Of a DNA stretch of 64,000 nucleotides, positions 48,694-62,539 are shown piece by piece. The position numbers and the translations under genes were made by a program. Numbering within the stretch: the stretch's first letter is position 1; every line of letters begins with the position of its first letter. This DNA comes from Haliotis rufescens (lineage: Eukaryota), in contig NW_025964223.1 in NCBI RefSeq assembly GCF_023055435.1, forward strand, positions 13,640,001 through 13,704,000, given 5' to 3'. A model generated the notes under the pieces. The model was not told the DNA's origin. It was given only the letters and a program-made list of their open reading frames with translations, and ran no database searches.

Positions 48694-51600
48694 TATTTGT
48701 GTCAAAGCCATTTGTACATCCACATATAGAAACATCTATGCATATATTTTAAGACCGTATGTGCAATGGCCGACCTAAAAGGGCTATGACTAACAGTATA
48801 AAAACATATGGATACATACTTCCATTGTAGTGCTTTGAGACAATGTTTGGATATGGTTCAGGCGCGTTATAGATTTGCATTAATAATATTATTATCATTA
48901 TTAGTATTGTGCATTTCAAATGGTGACTTTTACAATCCGAGTTCTGAATTGATAAAAAGTTAAGATACATGTATCTAATATCCTTACCATTTGATTCTCT
49001 TTGAGATAATAAACTCTTATGATAATGAATAACGTTGATAACACTGTGGCATTAAAGCGTCATAGGACCTTTGCCTTCCCCTTATTCACCGTGTGAACGA
49101 GATAGTGTAACGCGAGACAGTAAACTTTTGCTTCTGAAGAAAGTTCAGCAAATTAATTTCACTTTGTAGTTAAATCGGAATTTAACACTATGCCATCAGG
49201 AAATACTAGATAGCTTCTCGAAATGACGTCTCGCGTGACTGCAAAACCGATAACGAGGCACTTTGATGACGTCATAGATCGTTCGACATGTTGACTGCTT
49301 ACTCCTGATTGCAATGATGGTGGCTAGTCATTAGGTGAAGAATCCAATGAAATATGCCTTTACTTTGAGGAATTGCCTTTAGGTCGTGAATACAGGGAAT
49401 AATCTTTCGGATCTTTCAACAAACGTTGATGAAGATGAAATAAGTTCCTATCAGCAATGGAATACTTATGAGAAAGGGGACTTGGTAGATTGATTACGAA
49501 TGAACAATGATTAACCAAGCCAGAAAAGAAACATATACGTAGTTTACATAGGTGGTAAGAACTGAAAAATGTTCTGACGAATACGATTCATTATTTAAAA
49601 CTAGATCCATCGACAACCATGAATCACACCTGTTAAACTACCACAAACAAATTCTATAAATGTAACCCCATTAACAAAAAAACCAAACCATATAGCCAAG
49701 TATTTTAAGGTGATAAGTCGGACATCAACGTAATCCCTCCAAACGTATTTATGATAAATTTTAAATGCTACAAATTTTAGCAAGACCATGTGAAAGAATA
49801 AAAACAGCGTCTTATGCTAGAAGTGTGAAGAATGTGTCCCAATCCTTGAGATCTTTGCGAATAAGCCGTCCCCATGGCCCATGCATCCATACTAAGGATT
49901 AACGCGTTATGCAAGGGTGTTAGTTTTAGCATATTCAAGGAAAAGCTAAACTCCGAAAGGACATTATAGATCTTGGCGGCCTTACCCTACATGAGGTGGA
50001 GCACTATCTCCAAGTACCTCCATCACCCGACCTCCTCAAGCTAGGAAGCTGGGAGATCATCTCTTTAGACTGCAATCGATTGTTTTAGGATAGAGTCAAC
50101 AGAAAGGCGACAAAGAGATCACATTGTAAATGCGACCGTTAGAAGTTTGCAGGTTCCTCCTGGAGAATGTCCTTGTGTGAACCAAAGCCTTTCCTATACA
50201 GAAACACCGTTTGAGGTATTCTATGTTTTGTTTTCCGATGCTTTTCTCCATTGTTTTACATGTTTTCTTCTAATTTCATAAGGCTTTGGTTGTGGTTTCG
50301 TGATTGTGGAGCAACGCGTGTCCTGTAGTCATAGCGTTTGTGTTTAGCTATTTTTGTGTACATGTGTTCTGTACAAACATTTTTGTGACACTGTTTTTAC
50401 AAAACTGGATACTATGTATATGGTCTGTACACATGGGGTAGGCACGTTATCATTTATTGTTTCATAGGACCTGTATTCCTAAGACAAACATTATGTGTGT
50501 CGTATAATCGTTTATTTCTGGTGAATGCTTTGCTTTATTAATGAGGACATCTTCCTAAATTATTAACTATGAAAAATACAATGCAATGCCTTGCTGTATA
50601 TCATATACTATGTTTATCATTTAATATGATATACAGTCACGTAAGGAAGCTTTAGTAAGTAAAACACATAAATAACTATTTCCTCTTGATGGATGCATGT
50701 ATTGCACAATAAAAATACTTCATTCAACCAGGGAGGCTTGATAATAATACACTTATATAGGCTCCCTGGTTCAACAATTTTACACCTTATATTATCAATG
50801 CATGACTTTCGTACTATGTATGTCTCAAATAGTGCATACAAATGTACTATTCATAAACATCAATAATTGTGAAACATAGTTTGCCAGTGTCATAGGTAAG
50901 CGCAAATGTTGCTGATAGAAACGTATGCATCTATCAAAACTAAACTTCTTTTCTCAATCAATTACCAATACTTATTTTTTTAAGTCTAGCGGTATGCAAG
51001 ATATTTTACACACCAATACGCCAGTACCCTCCCTTGGTTTCCCATGCTGCTATAACATACCGGTCCGGCATGCGGAGAACGGGTCCCTATCACTCTTTAA
51101 ATACACAAATACTTTGTGTCTTTGGTCGTGGCTCACCTAACGTGGGAACTATGAGGCAACAAACATGTACAAGTCTCAACATAAACCCTCCGTAAATTTG
51201 AAAACGCTTCGCCGGCAGTTTGATAAAGGATCATGGGATATTAGCAGTTCCTATACCCTTGAGAAATATAGGACGCCACAAAAAACACAACATGGCAAAC
51301 ACAAGCAATACCAGTCCTCGGGTTGATATGAGCAAGAGGTTTGGTGGGCTTATGATACGACTCGTCGAACCTAGTGGTGAAAAACTACCACCCCCTGCCA
51401 ATTATCCCACCACTTCTTGAAGTATTTTGGAGTTGTCTCCCTTTTCTGTCTTATTTCGTTTGAAGTGTGATCTCTCTCTTTTTTTAAAAATCAGTTTTAT
51501 AGATGTATAATGTTCCTTTTGGAATATCAAAACGTAAACACAATTAATGGTATTCATTAATAAAAAAATCAATGGCATCACATAAAAACCCAGTTTGAAA

Positions 51601-51875
51601 TCGTAATAGCTCCTTGTGTTGTACATATTAGTATCCTGTGTCCCAGCATAACTGTTTTTATAACTCTTATGCTTATCAGAAACAATGTTATAACTCAGAG
51701 ATCATTTCAGGCGAGACATCTTGATTTACCAGACATCAAACAATTTATGATAAATTAATAAATTCAATAAATGCTCTAAGCATAGTCACAGACACAATCA
51801 ACAAGACAGTCAAATTCCAACTGTATCAAACTTGTATTCTTTCCCAAATCGTTACTTACCCATCATATATAAGAC

Positions 51876-51963
51876 AATGTGTGAAGCCTATTTCTGGTGT
51901 CACCAGTCGTGCTATAGCTGTAATATTGCTAAAAGCGGCGTAAAACTATATTCACTTATTCAC
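51876..51963 (+). mobile_element. SINE family B, 3' half
   Basis: CAATGTGTGAAGCCTATTTCTGGTGTC...AATATTGCTAAAAGCGGCGTAAAAC. Confidence 0.82.
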
Positions 51964-52090
51964 ATATAAGAGTGTCATCGTTAGTCATTCCGTTGATTAA
52001 TACCTATGTAAATAATCAATTATGCATCCGTGAGCTGGAAGAACATTATTTCATCAAGTAGTTAGAATACACGGTTACTGTTAGTGGGTC

Positions 52091-52283
52091 AGGAAGAGAA
52101 TTTATGGATGTCAACTTCTTTATTATGAGGAACACAACTTTTCGGAGTATATGCTTACTCCTTCATCAGGTGAATGAAGGAGTAAGCATATACTCCGAAA
52201 CGTTGTGTTCCTCATAATAAAGAAGTTGACATCCATAAATTCTCTTCCTTATGTGTATCACTTCTAAATGCCTTTCAAAGACC
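52091..52283. mobile_element. Penelope-like element remnant (family P1), second palindromic copy with hammerhead core
   Basis: Arms 52091-52166 and 52174-52249; minus strand CACCTGATGAAGGAGTAAGCATATACTCCGAAA. Confidence 0.8.
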
Positions 52284-52301
52284 TTTTTTTGGATCCTTTT
52301 A

Positions 52302-52365
52302 AGTGTGAGTGAGTTGGGTTTGGTTTAACGCTGCCTTTAACATTATTCCAGTTATACCACGGCGT
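52302..52365 (-). mobile_element. SINE family A tail fragment
   Basis: GTGAGTGAGTTGGGTTTGGTTTAACGCTGCCTTTAACATTATTCCAGTTATACCACGGCGT. Confidence 0.8.
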
Positions 52366-55300
52366 CACTTTGAGATGAACACTGTCTGTTTATGTCATCT
52401 CAAATATGTATGATCCACATTAGTTGCATATGTTAACAATCTTTGTTGAAGCAAGAATTGTATAAACGGACAAATGTCACGCATATAAACTAAAGCTATC
52501 AAAGCATTTTACAAATAACGCCATAATTACCATTGGTTCAGGTCAATGGAAACAGGACATTTAAGGCACCATTTAAGCACATAACACACATTAATACACG
52601 AGCATAACACAAGAACAGGCTACCCATATTCATCAACATACTCAAGTGTAATTTATGATGATTAAACACTCTCCTTAATGTTTTAACATATGTGGGTTTA
52701 TGCAAGAAGCGTGCTCCTCACGAGAGTCCTTATCCAACCTCACAAAAGTCCTTATCCCGAATATCAAAACTTCATATCTTGAATGTACCACTGTCAGTTA
52801 AAATTCCCACATGGATTTGGCATCAATGTTTGGATGAAAAAACACAAGTTTGTTGGTTCGTAACATCTTTAAATTGATGTAAAAGAGTAACAGAGAACAT
52901 AAAAATAACTTAGTGGCTCGTTTTTGCAAATTTGTTTCAGGTACTTAACTTGCCTTTCATTGTCAACAGTCGGCAAAATTGCCATTTGCTTGTGTCACTC
53001 ATGACAATGGGAAACAAAAGCAGGTAAGAAAAAAATTAAAAAAGGAACCATATAGATATCATATAAAAACCATCTTAAACAGGCCTTGTATTGAGTTGGC
53101 ACATAACTTCGGGCAACAGAAATGGGACCCCGTGTATCAAGATACGACAAACTGTCTATGCAATTCCAAAAAGTCGACTTTGGCATTATTATTACGATTA
53201 AAAAATTAATGTAGCATCACCTGTCCTTTGTAGTCTCACGTGGCGGAAGACCGATGTGCTCATGCGCGCACGGTTAAAAAGTGGGATTGCAATGCGAAAA
53301 TTGATTTGAAGTGACAAATTACCAAACATTAATGGGCTTCAGAATTTTGTGCTGTTTGTACAGTGTTAAGCAATTACCCTTTTGTGTTTATATTAATACA
53401 GTCTTGAGTCTAGGGTCGCGTCCCAGAATAAATTATTAATTTGCTGCTATAGGTTATTGCAACTGCTTGCAAATATGGAAAAGTCGTTATCACGTTTATT
53501 TATTTAGGAAAAATGTTTTTATGTGATGATGAAAATGTTTCTTTCCGTTACGGACAGGAACATACAATCGTTTTAATAATCTGTCACGCAACATTTTACA
53601 AGAAAGAAGAGAATGCAATGATCTTGACAAAAATATGTGTGTCCGATTTAAAGAAGAATTTTACTTTTCTTTGAAATTCTGTTTGTCTGAATAATATATA
53701 TGTGTAACAGATTCTACAAGCAAAGCTCACGACATGTTTTATTACAATAAATATGTGTTCTGCGTGATAAAGTGTAAGAGTAAGCTTGAAATAAAATGAT
53801 AATAAAGGCTCCCATGAAACAGAACATATTAAAATGTAAGACATGTGTATTTTGTTGTTCGTCATTAAACTCCTTATGCATTTGTTGAGACAAGTAGCAG
53901 TGAGATACTTTAAGTTGAAGAATTGAATATAACGAGAGAAAAATGCAACATAGTAATTTCTCTTAGTTTGTGACAAAAACTATTCAAACTAAAGCAAAGA
54001 GACCAATTTTACTCAGAATAGGACAAAAATCGAATTCCTTCAAACACAAACAAAAAGGGTGTCTCAAAACATAGAGCCAGGGTGTCTATGTTTGCCGCTT
54101 AAAGTGTTATGTTCAACACATAAGGAAGAAATTTGTTAGGAAAGTATTACCTCGTCGCTGAGCATCAATATAGCATCTCTTTAACAAGTCACAGACATTA
54201 CCACTAGGCAAGTGGTCAATAACAAAACTAACTTATTACCACTTATTAACATACTATATTTAACATTTAAGTAACATTTTGTGACGTGCATACAGTTATT
54301 CGGTTTGTGAAGCTTAAACACGACTCAGGATAACATTGTTATAAAGAACGTACAAATTCAAACATAACAGTGTGCAGTATATTTTGCAAATGCATAATGA
54401 GTACATTTAGATATTTCAAAGCATTCCTGAATATATATTTCCCTTCAACCTTATCTACTTGATAGTGATAAGCTAGACTTTACACGTTCAGTCCACAGTG
54501 TGATATTCAATGCATTATACTCGCTGACGTCTTAGTTGCATCGTTGGAAGTGTTATTGTCACATCTTAAATATCAAAATATGGAACTGATGCATTGCATA
54601 AATTTGACTGTTTTGAAATGTTTGCCTGGCATTCCGAAAAGTTACCAAGATACAGGGCGTAGACATTCTGACATCAGGAACATATATTGACGTGCGTATT
54701 ATATCAAACGTAAACATGAGCACAATAAAAAGGCATACGTATGACATTTAAGATGAAATGTATATCTGAAATATTTTTATTCCGATGTTGGAGCTCTGTT
54801 CAGTAAATTAATCAGTCAGTGTATTGACTTGTTTTGATGATTGACATACATTTCCAGAATGAGTAAAATATATTAATTTTATTGGCCAATAAATATGTGT
54901 CTATATTATTTCCATCTTTATCTTGCCATCTGTGCCTGCTTGGAATAGAGTGCCCACTGTCATGTTATTCAGTTTTCTATTTGTTGTAATTGACCAGGTA
55001 CATCGGCCTAGGACGAAGATTCTCAGGTCAAACTTTCAATAATATTCATCGTTCAGCTATTCCAGTGCAAAGCCCACCGAGGACACGCAAAATACACCAT
55101 AGCTAACCTGATTAAATTCAAAAACATAAGTTTTGCTAGAATGTAAACAAGTCGCGAATTTTGTTGTTTGCCTAGCATTGCATGCGGTTTTCCTTTGATC
55201 TCTAACGTCGCGGTGCTCTTTTGATCTCTGTTCTAACAATAGCACTATTGTATTGCGGTGTGCACTGGAGGTACCGCACTGGCCTACCGATTCCTTGAGG

Positions 55301-58082
55301 ACAGAATCGGTGCTCCGTGTGTCATACGTAAACACATAAAAAATTCTAGTTTTTTTAGGTTCACGCAGCTCTGGATAAGTCTCCTGGAAAACCTTAAGAA
55401 TCTGTGGGAGCCTTGCAAAGCTTTTGATAAGGTTAACAGTTAGCAAGGTGTCTTTTTGGCTTTAGAAGATTTTACCTACATAATTCGACTGAGAGGTAAA
55501 CACTTATTTGATCCTGTTCTTCGTCTAGTGCTTTGGTGGCTTGTCATGCAAATTTTGAGTCAATCTTACAGTTAATCGTAGCAAATTGGCTCCGGATTGT
55601 AGGGATATTTACAGCAATAGTTTATTTGGCAATAGCTACCTGTAAATGTTTAGCTTGGTCGGGTAACAGTAGATTGAAGCTTCGCACTATGTTTGTGAGC
55701 AGTATTTGAAACGATTATGTTTTAGTTTGGAATATGCAATATTGCAATGAATAGCATGGAGTAATTACTTATATATAAACTATATTTTGGTTACGTAATA
55801 TGTCCATTTTTTGTAGCTGTTCGGTTATCAAAACGAATTATGATGTTAGTTTGTTGTTAGTATCATGCACGCAAATTATGCCTATTAGAAGTAATCATCA
55901 GAATAGGTGTTTAAATATTTATGAATATTTTATACGTTGCTTAAATGAATTATGAAGAACATATAACTATTGCAGCCATTGTTTTATTATCAGGTAAACG
56001 CATCTGAGAGTAGAAATATTTAAATGTTATATTTATAATTATGTGTTCATGTTACGTATTAACTCAATATATTATCTTACTACTATGAAGACTTGAACTT
56101 AAAACATTTATTACTTGTTGGAAGTGCGAAAATATTATAATGTAATAAGAATAATACAATTATTTTGTAATTGAAATAAAATGTTCCCAGGGAAATCTTT
56201 CAGAAGCTTTTTTTATGATTACACACACCGACAGATGAACATCACCTTGCGTGTGCATAATACTTACAATAATAACATTGTAGACAAATAAAAATACATA
56301 AGAATTCGTGTCCTTTATCAATAGGCATCTTGTATACAAAAATTGTAATCATTAGAGCCTGTGAAACTGTTATTGCACATGTAGCAGTGTGTGTAGACGG
56401 ATACAAATAAATAAACAACCAGGAGACAAACATGATGTAGAGAGAACCATCTGGTGAATAATGATGGTGAATCATGTGGATTTAAGGCTATTGCATTTTA
56501 TATGCAGCTGCTATGCATATCCATCCTACTGCCAAGCAAATACTATGACAGAAACTGTTTGAGTCTACCTATCAAAAGGGATAGTGTCACTCAAGTTAAT
56601 TGGTTGAGATCTTTTATAACAATAACAATGTTTGTTTTATAACAATTTCGGTCGGTATAAAACTGTTATATCAGCTATTTAATACAATGATATGAGATAG
56701 GCAATTTTCAAAATAATTTACCATTATGACAAGCAATGTATTTTATCAATAATAATTGTTCAAAACTACCAAATTCGTTAACCTGTGGTAAAGGTTATTT
56801 TCACATTTACAACATCCTTATACATACAAACAATATGCTCAGTTGTTTACAATGTATTTAATGTTATGCAAACTTATTTCAATGTACAATGATCATACAT
56901 GACATACACAACAAAATTAAAGAGAATGAGCAAATTGAAAATGAAAAGTGATAAGCCAAGTTTTAATATTCCCTTGCTAATACATCTGAAGACACACACT
57001 TGTAAAAACACCGAAGCTTGTCTAACTTATGACAATGGAGGGATTTTCAAAATGTATAATGTTCAAGTATCAGTGATAGTGTCAGAAATATCCTGATGTA
57101 TGTGAAATAACATGATTTGAACAACCGCATTTTATTCATTTCAAACAACCTTCTATTATTTATGAATGTATGTTGGATATATCATACTTTCATAAACAGG
57201 ACGAAATACTATATCTTGCGTCATATGTATTTTAAAAATTAAATATGATTTCTCTCCGATGTGTTCGGTGAATGGGATGTACAAATTTATTTTAAACTTT
57301 TACAAGCGTAAGGCTATGGAAGGAAAAGGATATGCATATTTGCATATCCCGAGTATTTTAGAGATAATGTTCATAGTGTGCATGTTATCAAATATGATTA
57401 AACCAGACATGCATGCTATTAAAACCATGGCATAAAGGAACTAAAGACATTCAAATTAAACAATTATATAGATTATAGAACACAGTGGTAAATGAGAAGC
57501 AGAGCAAGGCGCATAATATTTGAAATGGGAGGATTATTCACTAAACGCATAATGCACCTGACAGGTGAGATTTCTAGAACACATTGTAATATATTGATAG
57601 TACACAAGCGCATTATTGCAGTGCAATTGTGCAGTTTGTGCAGTGCAATTGCATGTGAAATATCAAAAGACGCTATCGCAACTCTTACCGCTGCATTAGG
57701 AATGGGGGAATGTGTAGAATTACAAGCGTTAACACATCTGATTTGTTAGGGATTATCAACGCTTTCTTATCATATTATTCAGAATAACCAGCGCCTTTAT
57801 CTGTGTTTTTCACATCAATAGAGCCACAGAAACGTCATATAGGTAGCAAAAGTTGAACATTCGTGATGAAATAATGAGGCTCCTTTTTGCAGTCATGTGT
57901 TATGTAATGGTCGTCTCGAAATACGTAGCACGGTTAATGGAATATTTAAATATTGTAGGTGTGGAATTATGTAATAAACTTTACAATGATGAGGCAGTTT
58001 GTGAGTGTTATTTAAAGGTAATTAATAAGAGTATGTCTAAGTGAGAACTTCTTAATTCTATATTCTAATTAATTGTTTTGTA

Positions 58083-58220
58083 GTGAGTGAGAATGGTTTT
58101 ACGCCGCTATTAGCAATATTCCAGCAATATCACGGCGGGGGGACACCAGAAATGGGCTTCACACATTGTACCCATGTCGGGAATCGAACGCTTTAACCAC
58201 TAGGCTACCCGACCGCCCCC
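58083..58220 (-). mobile_element. SINE family B with internal deletion in the tRNA head
   Basis: 12-bp TSD AATTGTTTTGTA (58071-82 and 58221-32); shared tail. Confidence 0.92.
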
Positions 58221-58325
58221 AATTGTTTTGTAATACTCATGACAGTATTTTATTGTATTTTAAGATAATTCGATTTTGAACATTACCACTGAATCGTCTG
58301 TCTCATCTTTTAAATGTCATCTTAT

Positions 58326-58510
58326 TAAGAGGCGACTAACGGGATCGGATGGTCAGGCTCGCTGACTTGGTTGATGCATGTCATAGTATCCCGATTGCGT
58401 GGGTCGATGCTCATGATGTCAATCACTGGATTGTCTGGTCCAGACTCGAATATTTACAGACCGCCGTCATATAGCTGGAATATTGCTGAGTACGGCGTTA
58501 AACAACAACA
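58326..58510 (+). mobile_element. SINE family C, 5'-truncated
   Basis: TAAGAGGCGACTAACGGGATCGG...GGCGTTAAACAACAAC. Confidence 0.9.
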
Positions 58511-58755
58511 AAAAATAAATGTTACTTACTGCTTAATCTTCACAGAGAATGTCTTGCTTTCTACATGAAACCATTCCACTTAATTAATCAGATCCATTGC
58601 CTTGATAACTTACAATACAATTTAAAAATTAATGACATCGAAATAAAAGCGACAAAATATTCTCCTTAATCATAAGAAATCTCTGCTTAAAGCAGAGTCG
58701 ATATACTATTATAACATTAGCATGTTGACAGCAGGTCAAAGAAGACAAAAGCCTA

Positions 58756-58852
58756 TGGTTGGTTGGTTGGTTGGTTGGTTGTTTAACGCCGCACTCAGCA
58801 TTATTCCAGCTATAAGACGGCGGTCTGTAAATTATCGAGTCTGTAAATAATC
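58756..58852 (-). mobile_element. SINE family C tail fragment with (CAAC)n
   Basis: (TGGT)n then TTTAACGCCGCACTCAGCATTATTCCAGCTAT...GGCGGTCTGTAAAT. Confidence 0.85.
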
Positions 58853-58860
58853 GAATAGGG

Positions 58861-59002
58861 AGATTTCGGAATAGATCTTTATACCGTTTTCAAGCAAGGA
58901 CAACGGTATAAGGATCTATAACGAAACGTACAATAAAGAAGTTGTTCTCCATAAACGTGTCTACTTTGTCATCCGCCAACTTCTAAGAAATGCCTATCAA
59001 AC
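58861..59002. mobile_element. Penelope-like element remnant (family P2), palindromic, variant hammerhead core
   Basis: TTTCGGAATAGATCTTTATACCGTT...AACGGTATAAGGATCTATAACGAAA inverted repeat; followed by AATAAAGAAGTTG and ACTTCT...ATGCCTATCAAA, as in P1. Confidence 0.68.
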
Positions 59003-61714
59003 AATTCAATTGATACCAGGTTTTCGACAAAAGATGAGCGTACCCTTGCAATTGTTCATCAGAAACAAAAACCACGGGAACATCTTATACATGGCAATAT
59101 CGGGAATTGCATCAAACATCGAATTTTAATTGTGGTTCAATATATACTTACCATATCAAAGCATGGTTTGGTCATAATTTGTAGTTTAAGTATTTGTGCT
59201 CATTTTAACGTTTAAAGAAACCGTCATTTCTTTGGTCATTTATGTGGTAATAACAATCATATGCGTACTGCAATAAATAAAAGCGACAAAACCCTTACCA
59301 TATTCATTAGAAATCTCTGCCCAAAGCAGAATGGATTGTACGATTCCGACTATATCATGAGCAGGCGTTACATCCCTGGCTGTCATCTTTGCTTATTGTC
59401 AGCACTGTTTACAACATTGCATACCGCTTGTTCTCTCATAAACATATCAAAAATAAAGACATAAAAATATATACTATCAATCTTAGCAGTTGGACCATGA
59501 CAGTGCTTAATTTCCTTCGACATAGGTATTAAGTCCTCAAGTGCGTTGCCACTCAAGGTGAAAGTTTAAAAAAGCGGAAAACGCACTGAGAAATTATGTT
59601 TGAGTTCCTCAGACCTTGAGGGAAACAATTATTGTGCCTCTGAGCTAATCCCAACCTCCCGAGACGATGTTTGCGTAATATCGATGCGAGATGAATGCGT
59701 AAAATTTAGCGTAAAACGGCGATGTTTGGCTTTGCAATTTACGAATGTTGTCTGTCAGTTGAAAATATGAATGCAAACAAGGACACTGTAGAGTAGGGAG
59801 CGTCTTTAAAACGTATTGCTCTCTTCATAGGTGAATTACTACAACTTGAGATGACGGTGAGTTATCTGGAGAATAGGCCGTTGTTCTTTGGGCACTCTTT
59901 GGAAAAGGAGGTGAAAAGAGTCCTTGCACGTGAAATCCGGAAGTTGCGTAGTTAGAGCACGCGGTCCAAGGTCCATCTGACCAAATACACCTGAGTGAGA
60001 ACTTCTCGTACCCAATACGCTGCATTGATCTAACAACACTCAAAAGTTTAATGTTTGTGTCCTCTTGAAGACTTAAAAGGTGCCGATGGTTGCCTGAAAA
60101 CATTCGAGCCAATATTTGATGATGACTTTCGCTTGTCAAGCAAATAGCCTGCAGCGAATATCAAAGGACTTTAGCTGGGGTTCGAACCGGGCCTGATGAG
60201 TGGTCATACTATGTGAAACACGCTTTGTAAATATGTAAACTGTATTATATCCGTGTAACTAGTGGATCCCCTGATCCCACAAGAAGGATACATTTGGATA
60301 TAACTTTTAGGTAATTCTGAAATCCAGTTCTCGCCTTTTCTAACCGCGGATTATTGCCCAATGCCAACTTTTAGCATCTGTTTCTGCTCTTTTCCTCGTG
60401 TGATTTGCAATATTTCCTCCTTAGCGATTGACACAGGACACTGTTGATTGTTTTGATTGCCTGATTAACAAGGTGATTATATCGTGTACACTTGACGCCT
60501 AGCTTTCCGATGTCGAGTCTCCTTATATACAAGGAAGTGTGCCAATGTTTTCACACCAAGGCGAAAATCCTGTTATTGGTGTAAAACAAGGTTGCCGTAT
60601 TGGCCCTTGACTTTTCATAATACAAGAGTACAATGTGATAATCTCCAATGATCCCAGTGGTATCTTTTTCACAAACGTCGATACAATTATACGAAATTCG
60701 ATGATATTTTGTACAAGTAGAACTGTTAAATATACGCGTATGTTTTAACAATAACTAAATTCACATCCTGTATACATGTGTGTCTCGCAGACTGTAGTGT
60801 GTGTGCGTGCGTGTGTGTGCGTGTGTGTGATGGCTTATTACGAAGAGGCATATTATAAGCATAGATGTTAGTGATTTATACCCAGGTCACACCCGGCGTT
60901 CCCATCAGCGACACAATGTTCTAAGAAAGTCTCTCTCAGTCACCAACAGGCATATATTTCATAGAACAACCAACCCGATTCTACTAGCATCCCCTTCTCA
61001 GATCTCGCTCCTGAAATTAAGGGAATTGGTGGTTCCTTTACTATATGTGGGTTCCCTCGTACAATTTTAATTAACTTTAAATTACTTATTTCGGGGACTG
61101 TATGTTTGTCTAGGTATGCAATTGTGTAACTACTTATTGCAATATGTTAAAGACAAGACAGAGATATTGCACTCATGCAACCTTTATCATGAATGTAGGC
61201 AATTACGTCTTTTTAAATCGTAACTTTCGGTTGCTACATAAAACATTAGTGTGTTTTAGGAGAATCTATTTAGCAGACTATTTAGGAATGTTGGACACTG
61301 AATCAATTAAATGTTGAATTAGTGTATGGCCAGAAGAAAATACTATGTTCTCCATATATAACATTTACGAAATTTGCGTCACTGTTTATGGCGTCTTGCT
61401 GACAGAATTACGACCGTTTTCTATGAAACAATCTGAGCAGTATGACACACACCGGATGAAACAATAGCTACTGCTTTGTACATCAGATGGCCCATACGTG
61501 CTACTCGCAACTACCGACCGTTTTTGCACGTTATACACAGGATCTAATTCTTGAAGCTTTTTCTTGTACCTTAAACGTAGATTATAATGTCAGGTTTATT
61601 ATCGATGTCTCAATTGTGGTTAAGTCTTAATTGAATGGAAATTGTGTGCCACAGTGAAAAGAAACGCTTTGTATCTTTCTTTCCGTTTAGTACACGAACA
61701 CACGCAAACACGTA

Positions 61715-61762
<48 letters not shown>

Positions 61763-61769
61763 CACACAC
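61715..61769. repeat. (GCAC)n microsatellite
   Basis: Seen directly. Confidence 0.95.
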
Positions 61770-62539
61770 GTAGAGTTAATCCAAGCGGTAATTTTTCCAA
61801 ATAAACTTGTTCGGCTAACTCTGTGCCGGATTAGCGAATCCTTCATTTCGAACATATCTCAACGAAATAAGCAGTTGATCATCCGGTAGGTGAGGTTTCC
61901 AGATTAATGGCGTCCTGACTAAAGAGGTATCACTGTATCCATGCGGTTGTGTGATATAGTATTGACATACCCAGAATAGGGTGATGTCTCATGCCTTGAA
62001 GTTATGGAACGAGAAAGTCCTGGTTTCATCGGTACAATTCATTGCTGCGGCCCGTTACTCCAGAAAACATATACACGCTGTTGTATTGAAGCCTGTCATT
62101 GTTTATTTGACATCCTGGCTGACTTACACCATTTAATCTGGTCCACACCTGACCTGGTAGTTTTGTTTGCAAAGTACCTTTTTATATAAGCGACCCAGTT
62201 CTGTTTGCCCATGAGCATCACTATAGCGCAGGGGAGATAATTCCATTGAAAAAGATTTAAACTGTGGAAAGTTCTAGGACGCTTCAATCGTCAGTCTGTT
62301 ATACAGATATAATAGCTTCGTGTTTATTTCATGTACTTGATAAAGTTTATTCCAAGTTTATCTGCCCTGGGCGTTTGTCTGATGTCCTGATGTGGCGGTG
62401 GAAGCCCTGAGTAAATATACGCGTCTAACTTAAGATCGGTAGCTGTCACTACAAATGTCAAAACATGTGCCCCATAATAGTCCCAATTTGTCCAACATAC
62501 GAGCCCATAATTAAAATTAATACCCTACAGCGAGGAACC

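Noticed and set aside
55057-55446. 129-aa minus-strand ORF
   Set aside because: Non-ATG start, no recognisable motif, no supporting splice sites.
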